DNA from: Nitrospirota bacterium
GTDB taxonomy: Bacteria > Nitrospirota > UBA9217
Reading direction: 5' to 3'
Assembly: GCA_963663225.1 (NCBI GenBank)
Contig: OY760142.1
Location: 864,001 to 928,000 of the forward strand
DNA length: 64,000 nucleotides
Positions 58,720-64,000 of the stretch are shown here, piece after piece. Made by a program: the position numbers and the translations under genes. Positions within the stretch are counted from its first letter, which is position 1. Each line of letters begins with the position of its first letter. The notes under the pieces were generated by a model that ran no database searches, was not told the DNA's origin, and saw only the letters and a program-made list of their open reading frames with translations.

Positions 58720-60333
58720 TCAGCCGAGGATTGCTTTGAGATCCTGGTCCGGTGTAGTGATGGGTTGGATGTTGAAATTCTTCACCAGAACATCGAGGAC
58801 ATTGGGTGTGATGAAGGCCGGCAGAGAAGGTCCGAGCCGGATGTTCTTGATGCCGAGGTGCAGAAGCGTGAGAAGTATTGCAACCGCCTTCTGTTCATAC
58901 CAGGAAAGAACGAGAGACAGCGGCAGCTCGTTTACGCCCACATTGAATGCTTTCGCGAGCGCCACCGCGATCTGGACGGCTGAATACGCGTCATTGCATT
59001 GCCCCACGTCCAGAAGCCTCGGTATCCCGCCGATGTCGCCAAGCTCCTTGTCGAAGAACCGGAATTTTCCGCAGGCAAGCGTGAGCACCACGCAGTCTTT
59101 CGGCACCTTCTCTACAAATTCAGTGTAGTAATTGCGTCCCGGCTTTGCGCCATCGCAACCGCCGACGAGGAAAAAATGGCGGAGTTGCTTGTTCTTCACG
59201 GCCTCGATAACCTTGCCCGCGACGCTCATGACCGTGTTTCTGCCGAAGCCGACCGTGACCGTCTTGCCCGGAACATCCGCCGGAAAACCGGGCAGCGCAA
59301 GAGCTTTGTCAATGGCTGGTTTGAAATTGCCGTCTCCGATGTGCGCTACTCCCGGCCAGCCGACCAGGCCCGCAGTAAAAATCCTGTCCTTGTAGGAATC
59401 CTGCGGCCTCTGAAGGCAGTTGGTCGTCATTACAATGGCCCCTGGAAAATCGCTGAACTCCTTATGCTGGTTCTGCCACGCAGTGCCCCAATGTCCGTAG
59501 AAGTGCGCGTACTGTTTGAGCTTTGGATACGCATGGGTCGGCAGCATCTCTCCATGCGTGTAAACATATACGCCTTTTCCTTCACTCTGCTTCAGGATTG
59601 CCTCAAGGTCTTTCAGGTCATGCCCCGACACGAGCAGCGCTTTTCCTTTCTTGGGGCCGAGCGGCACCGCAGTCGGGACCGGATGGCCGTAGGTATTCGT
59701 ATTGCCGGCATCAAGAAGTTCCATGGTGCGAAGATTGATCTCGCCGCATTTCAGGACGAGCCCCACCCAGTCGTTCAGGCCGAGGGACTTGTTCAGCGTG
59801 GCCACCAGGGCCTCCTGCACGAAGGCGTAGACCTTGTCGTCCTGCTGTCCCAGGATCTGGGCATGGTCTGCATAGGCCGCTACGCCTTTGATGCCGTACA
59901 TCAGCGTGTCCTGCAGAGACTGTATGTCCGCATTGATCGAGGTGTCGGATTTCACACCGACGCTTTCACCCTGTTTGACTTGTTCCGCCTTTGTTTTGGC
60001 AAACGTGAACGCAGCCGGACCTTCATTGATGGCGATTCCGGCTTTTTTCTTCAACTGTTCCTGCAACGTAACGCACGTATTGATGAGAGCAACAAAACGG
60101 TCCGCGTCAAAATCCACGTTCGTCAGGGTGGAGAAAAGCGCCTTGACGGTGAATGCGTTCACTTCATTGTCCACAATCCCTTTTTTTCTTGCCTCGACGG
60201 CATATTGCGAAAGGCCCTTCAGGGCATGCACCAGAAGGTCCTGCAATGCTGCCACGTCCGGCTGTTTACCGCACACACCGATCTTGGTACACCCGGTCCC
60301 CTGCGCTGTCTGCTCGCACTGATAACAAAACAT
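58720..60333 (-). CDS. hcp: Hybrid cluster protein (hydroxylamine/NO reductase)
   Basis: MFCYQCEQT..GC...GVCGK, SGHDL, YTHGEMLP, TTNC, GGCDG, ACGKFRF, GQCND, WYEQKA. Confidence 0.97.
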   Translation of the reverse strand: MFCYQCEQTAQGTGCTKIGVCGKQPDVAALQDLLVHALKGLSQYAVEARKKGIVDNEVNAFTVKALFSTLTNVDFDADRFVALINTCVTLQEQLKKKAGIAINEGPAAFTFAKTKAEQVKQGESVGVKSDTSINADIQSLQDTLMYGIKGVAAYADHAQILGQQDDKVYAFVQEALVATLNKSLGLNDWVGLVLKCGEINLRTMELLDAGNTNTYGHPVPTAVPLGPKKGKALLVSGHDLKDLEAILKQSEGKGVYVYTHGEMLPTHAYPKLKQYAHFYGHWGTAWQNQHKEFSDFPGAIVMTTNCLQRPQDSYKDRIFTAGLVGWPGVAHIGDGNFKPAIDKALALPGFPADVPGKTVTVGFGRNTVMSVAGKVIEAVKNKQLRHFFLVGGCDGAKPGRNYYTEFVEKVPKDCVVLTLACGKFRFFDKELGDIGGIPRLLDVGQCNDAYSAVQIAVALAKAFNVGVNELPLSLVLSWYEQKAVAILLTLLHLGIKNIRLGPSLPAFITPNVLDVLVKNFNIQPITTPDQDLKAILG

Positions 60334-60375
60334 ATCCATAATCCTCCTTGTGAAGTTGATTACCTTGTTGAATAA

Positions 60376-60419
60376 AGTATACACACTAAAAAGAAATAAT
60401 GCGTATGATATAGGTCATA
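60376..60419 (-). promoter_or_regulatory. CRP/FNR-type (HcpR-like) site and -10 of hcp
   Basis: Perfect palindrome TATGA-N6-TCATA (60404-60419), centred about 42 bp upstream of the start implied by -10 TATACT (60376-60381). Confidence 0.65.
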
Positions 60420-60551
60420 TCGTGATTTTTTTTATTTATTGCAACACAATCGAGGTGTTTGACAAAAACATCTGCTCTTAAAAAAAGTTCCCAAATTTTA
60501 TTGTTTTCTGATATAATTCTTTCGTCTTAATTTCCTATACAGAGGTTTGAA

Positions 60552-61496
60552 TTGAAACAATTTTTATCCGCCTTCTTCCTTGCAGCGTTCATAGTACTCC
60601 ATGGACAATCGGTTTTTGCTTTGCCGGAAAAAGATTTTCCCGCAAAAGCATGCATTCTGATCAATGACCGCGGCCAGGTCCTGTATGAAAAAAATCCTTA
60701 CGCGAAACTTCCTCCGGCCAGCACCGTAAAACTGGTGACCGCCATGGTGGCCCTCGATTATCTGCAACCATCTCTGGCGGTGAAGGTGACCAGGACGGCT
60801 GCTTCCGCGCCGTCCATCAAACCAAGGCTGAGACCCGGTGATGAACTGACGGTTTCCGATCTCCTTCATCTGGCGCTTATGAAATCAATCAATTCCGCTG
60901 CTGTTGCATTAGCGGAAGCGACGTGCGGCTCGGAAGATAAATTCGTGTTATTGATGAACCAAAAAGCAAAGGAAATAGGCGCTGATGATACGTATTTCGT
61001 GACGGCTTCAGGCCTGCCGAAAGGCAAGCAATTTACAACGGCGCGTGATCTCACGATCATACTGAAAAAAGCGCTCACATACCCTCTGATAAAAGAAATT
61101 ATCGGGAAAAAGGAATATCTGGTAACAGCTTCCTCAGGAAGACAATTGTTCCTTGAAAACACGGATGACCTGTTGTGGCTCAGAAGCAATATGATCGGAG
61201 GCAAAACGGGTTTTACCCGGAAAGCACGACATTGCTTTGTGGGGGCCATAGACACGGGCAACGGGCTTATTTATACCGCCGTGCTCGGGGCCACCTCACG
61301 CAGCCGTTTGTGGGAATGCACCACAATGCTTACTGATTTCGGATCGACGTACCGGCCGTTCGTCCCGATCGAAGAACTCCAGGCCTCGTCACGAAATCAG
61401 GACGGGAACCGGTCACTTGTTCCTTTTCCGGACCAGCCGTATGGAGCATTTCTTCACCCATTCTTCAGTGTTCCCATAAGACCTCTCATCCAGTAG
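60552..61496 (+). CDS. D-Ala-D-Ala carboxypeptidase/endopeptidase (peptidase S11)
   Basis: PASTVK (SxxK), SIN (SxN), GGKTG; signal peptide; TTG start with GAGG SD. Confidence 0.9.
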   Translation: MKQFLSAFFLAAFIVLHGQSVFALPEKDFPAKACILINDRGQVLYEKNPYAKLPPASTVKLVTAMVALDYLQPSLAVKVTRTAASAPSIKPRLRPGDELTVSDLLHLALMKSINSAAVALAEATCGSEDKFVLLMNQKAKEIGADDTYFVTASGLPKGKQFTTARDLTIILKKALTYPLIKEIIGKKEYLVTASSGRQLFLENTDDLLWLRSNMIGGKTGFTRKARHCFVGAIDTGNGLIYTAVLGATSRSRLWECTTMLTDFGSTYRPFVPIEELQASSRNQDGNRSLVPFPDQPYGAFLHPFFSVPIRPLIQ

Positions 61497-61576
61497 TTCC
61501 GAGATACTCTTACAACCTCTCCCGAGGCTCTCTACCGTCTTGCGCTGCCCTTAAAGTATCTGGCTTCCTTCCTGTC

Positions 61577-61605
61577 TTGACAAATATTCACCCGGCTCTT
61601 ATAGT
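61577..61605 (+). promoter_or_regulatory. Sigma70-like promoter of the DUF362 gene
   Basis: TTGACA-17 nt-TATAGT. Confidence 0.6.
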
Positions 61606-61641
61606 TTAGTAATAAAATTATTTCAGAAGGGAACCCTCGTT

Positions 61642-62706
61642 ATGCCACACGTCCTGATCCATCCGGCAACCTATGAAGATGTCACCACGGCTGTTGATCG
61701 TGTTTTTGAACTCTTCCCGCAGGATCTGCGCGGCAAAAAAATCCTGGTAAAACCGAACGTGCTTCGGATTTCAGAAGCCAAGGAAGGCATTGTAACGAAC
61801 CCGGCAGTTCTTCGGGCTGTCGTTGAAAAAGTTGAACAGGCGAGGCCAGCATCCATCATTGTGGGAGACAATCCCGGCATTTTCAGTTACGGCGCAAACG
61901 AGGAAAGCTTTGCCAAAACAGGACTCATGGAAGCTGCCAAGGGATATTATAAAAACATCGGTAACGACTCCCGCAAAATTCCGTTCAATTCTGAATTTAT
62001 GCCTTTCATCAGCATTTCACGGGCTGTCCTGGATGCGGATATCATCATCAGTCTGCCGAAGTTCAAAACGCATGGATTGACCGTCATAACCGGGGCGATA
62101 AAAAACAGTTACGGCTTTTTGCCCGGGGCGCAGAAAGCACAGCTGCACAAGGCGGCCGGAAGTCCCGGGCGCTTCCACGACCTGATTGTCGACGTATTCC
62201 GGCTCCGGGTGCCCGATCTTTTCATCATGGACGCTGTGGTTGGAATGGAGGGAAACGGGCCAGCCTCTCCTGATCTCAGAAGGATCGGCCTGCTTCTCGC
62301 CTCGGACAACGCCGTTGCCATGGATGCGGTCATGGCGACGATGATGGGATGCGCACCGGGACGGCTGCGGTTCCTGCAAAAGGCAAAAACCGCGGGTCTG
62401 GGCGACTATGACCTCGCGGCAATCGATGTTGTCGGGGAGTTAAAGCAGCTGCCGGATTTCAAGCTGCCTTCGCTGGGTGGTGAAGCCATGGAGCAGAACG
62501 TACCGCTTCAGACCATGCTGCATAAACGGACCCTCATGCGGCCGCGTGTAAATCCGGAGTGGTGCACCGGTTGCGGAACGTGCATTGATCAGTGCCCGGC
62601 GTCGGCATTGACTTTGTGCGACGGGCTTCCGCGCGTGGATGAAAAATGTATTGTCTGTTTTTGCTGCCAGGAAATCTGTCCTGAAAAAGCCATTACATTG
62701 CAGTAA
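61642..62706 (+). CDS. DUF362 protein with C-terminal 2x4Fe-4S ferredoxin domain
   Basis: LVKPN, LPKFKTH, GAIKN, MEGNGP, CTGCGTCIDQCP and CIVCFCCQEICP. Confidence 0.9.
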   Translation: MPHVLIHPATYEDVTTAVDRVFELFPQDLRGKKILVKPNVLRISEAKEGIVTNPAVLRAVVEKVEQARPASIIVGDNPGIFSYGANEESFAKTGLMEAAKGYYKNIGNDSRKIPFNSEFMPFISISRAVLDADIIISLPKFKTHGLTVITGAIKNSYGFLPGAQKAQLHKAAGSPGRFHDLIVDVFRLRVPDLFIMDAVVGMEGNGPASPDLRRIGLLLASDNAVAMDAVMATMMGCAPGRLRFLQKAKTAGLGDYDLAAIDVVGELKQLPDFKLPSLGGEAMEQNVPLQTMLHKRTLMRPRVNPEWCTGCGTCIDQCPASALTLCDGLPRVDEKCIVCFCCQEICPEKAITLQ

Positions 62707-62743
62707 CGTGTGCGCAGGAAAAGCATCGGATGAAGACCGTTTT

Positions 62744-63703
62744 TCACTTCTCTTTTTCGGCAAGGAACCTATCGAGAACCTTCGGTACAAGTTCCAACGC
62801 GGCTGCACGCGCTTCGCGATTCGTGCCGATCGTTGCCGTCCCGTCGTTTCTGACCGTGAAGGCAAGACCATTCCTCTTTTTCAATGGAAGATTTGGATGG
62901 TCGAAGTCATGATATGCTTTCGGAAAAACCACTATCTCGGCATTGATGCCCGCCCGCTGTGCGCGTGCAGTTATGGCACAGCATGGCGCCGCAGGCGTCC
63001 AGTCATCCGCATCTCCGATCAGGATTGTAAGAGGGATCCGGGGAAGCCAGTTCATGTTTTTGGAAAAACTGGTACAGCCTGGATAAAATGCTATGGCGGT
63101 CCGGAAATCTTCCGAGGCGTCCTTTTTCAGAGATGCGTCAACGGCAGACAGCAGGGTCACGCCGCCGTTTGACCAGCCCATGAGGGCAACGCGGTCACGA
63201 ACCACAAAAGGCTGCGATTGGAGCCAGCGCAGTGCGCTGTATGTGTCGTCGACCCGTTCTTTATGCGGTGAGAATCCACTCCGGTTCTTTCTGGTGCATG
63301 CTTCCGGAATGCCTCGGGGATTAAAGCTGTCCGGAAAAAGAACTAGATAACCCAAGCCGGACAGGCGTTTTCCCCAGTCGAGAAACCGCGCATTCAGCTT
63401 CCCCTGCTTTGTGAGAAGTCCGGAGCACCCGTGCAAGGCCACAATGGCCGGAAAAGGTCCCTTTCCTGCAGGCCGGAACACATAACCGTCAAGCAAGAGT
63501 GCTTTTCCCGGCCCCGAACCGTCAATTGAGGAAAAGAAAACCTTTTGCGGCGGCACTGTAACTGACGGGATCTGCTGTGCGTCCGGCGCTCCCGAATCTG
63601 CAGCGCGGACATCAACGGTCGCAGCAAGCGACAGCGACAAATAGAAAATAAAAAAAACAACCGGAAAGAAAACTGTTTTTAATAAAATAAACGAACGACG
63701 CAT
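62744..63703 (-). CDS. Exported dienelactone-hydrolase-family alpha/beta hydrolase
   Basis: HGCSG, GWSNGG nucleophile elbow, FYPGC, DDW, AYHDFD. Confidence 0.88.
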   Translation of the reverse strand: MRRSFILLKTVFFPVVFFIFYLSLSLAATVDVRAADSGAPDAQQIPSVTVPPQKVFFSSIDGSGPGKALLLDGYVFRPAGKGPFPAIVALHGCSGLLTKQGKLNARFLDWGKRLSGLGYLVLFPDSFNPRGIPEACTRKNRSGFSPHKERVDDTYSALRWLQSQPFVVRDRVALMGWSNGGVTLLSAVDASLKKDASEDFRTAIAFYPGCTSFSKNMNWLPRIPLTILIGDADDWTPAAPCCAITARAQRAGINAEIVVFPKAYHDFDHPNLPLKKRNGLAFTVRNDGTATIGTNREARAAALELVPKVLDRFLAEKEK

Positions 63704-63765
63704 AATGGTAGTTTCAGCATTACATGTGCGAGCAGAAAATCGTCTCATCGGGGCACGGTTTTCCA

Positions 63766-63800
63766 AAATAAAAGCGGCGGCAATCATCTTGCCGCCGCTT
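63766..63800 (-). terminator. Intrinsic terminator after rubredoxin
   Basis: AAGCGGCGGCAA-N5-TTGCCGCCGCTT followed by a T-rich tract on the minus strand. Confidence 0.8.
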
Positions 63801-63819
63801 CTGCATAAGTACAAAATAA

Positions 63820-63951
63820 TTACACTTTTTCAAAAGCGTCTTTCGGGGCATTGCACACCGGGCAAGACCAGTCATCGGGCAAATCCTTGAACTTTGTTCC
63901 TTCCTTGGACTCATCATACACATACCCGCATATCGAGCATTTCCACATCAT
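63820..63951 (-). CDS. Rubredoxin (43 aa; absent from the ORF track)
   Basis: Manual translation [43 protein letters not shown], two CxxC motifs, GGAGG SD. Confidence 0.93.
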   Translation of the reverse strand: MMWKCSICGYVYDESKEGTKFKDLPDDWSCPVCNAPKDAFEKV

Positions 63952-64000
63952 AGCCTCCCTGTTTTTTTAATAACGTTGAAATTTCAAAAAGCGTTTATGA

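Noticed and set aside
58999-60375. 458-aa plus-strand ORF
   Set aside because: Antisense shadow of hcp with no recognisable domain.

Overview
This is a 64 kb, gene-dense bacterial chromosome segment of moderate GC. The gene set and protein style suggest an anaerobic or microaerophilic diderm, plausibly Nitrospirota or Desulfobacterota-like (inference only). Most of it is housekeeping and metabolism: rlmN, a split UxaA-family dehydratase, the oxidative pentose-phosphate operon rpiB-gnd-zwf-pgl, pgk, two phosphofructokinases, class II RNR nrdJ, def-fmt-DUF116-rsmB, glnB-glnA, moaA-moaC, radC, hcp and a rubredoxin that the ORF track missed. I found no rRNA, tRNA, CRISPR array or transposase. Highlights: (1) a tightly coupled 7-gene synthase-type exopolysaccharide operon (wecB, membrane protein, processive GT2, beta-helix protein, deacetylase-like, (alpha/alpha)6 hydrolase-like, YaiO-like barrel) with no recognisable c-di-GMP receptor; (2) two paralogous ~383-aa helical proteins I cannot assign, 48 kb apart, both ending in periodic xRR repeats and so candidate c-di-GMP effectors, one lying just after the EPS locus; (3) a solo attC-like site behind an AT-rich FG-GAP lipoprotein gene; (4) a structured ncRNA candidate before moaA; (5) an exported superoxide-reductase-like protein; (6) a double-kinase hybrid sensor whose second H-box has Asp in place of His; (7) an AT-rich orphan PD-(D/E)xK-like gene. 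All calls come from reading motifs by eye; no searches were run.
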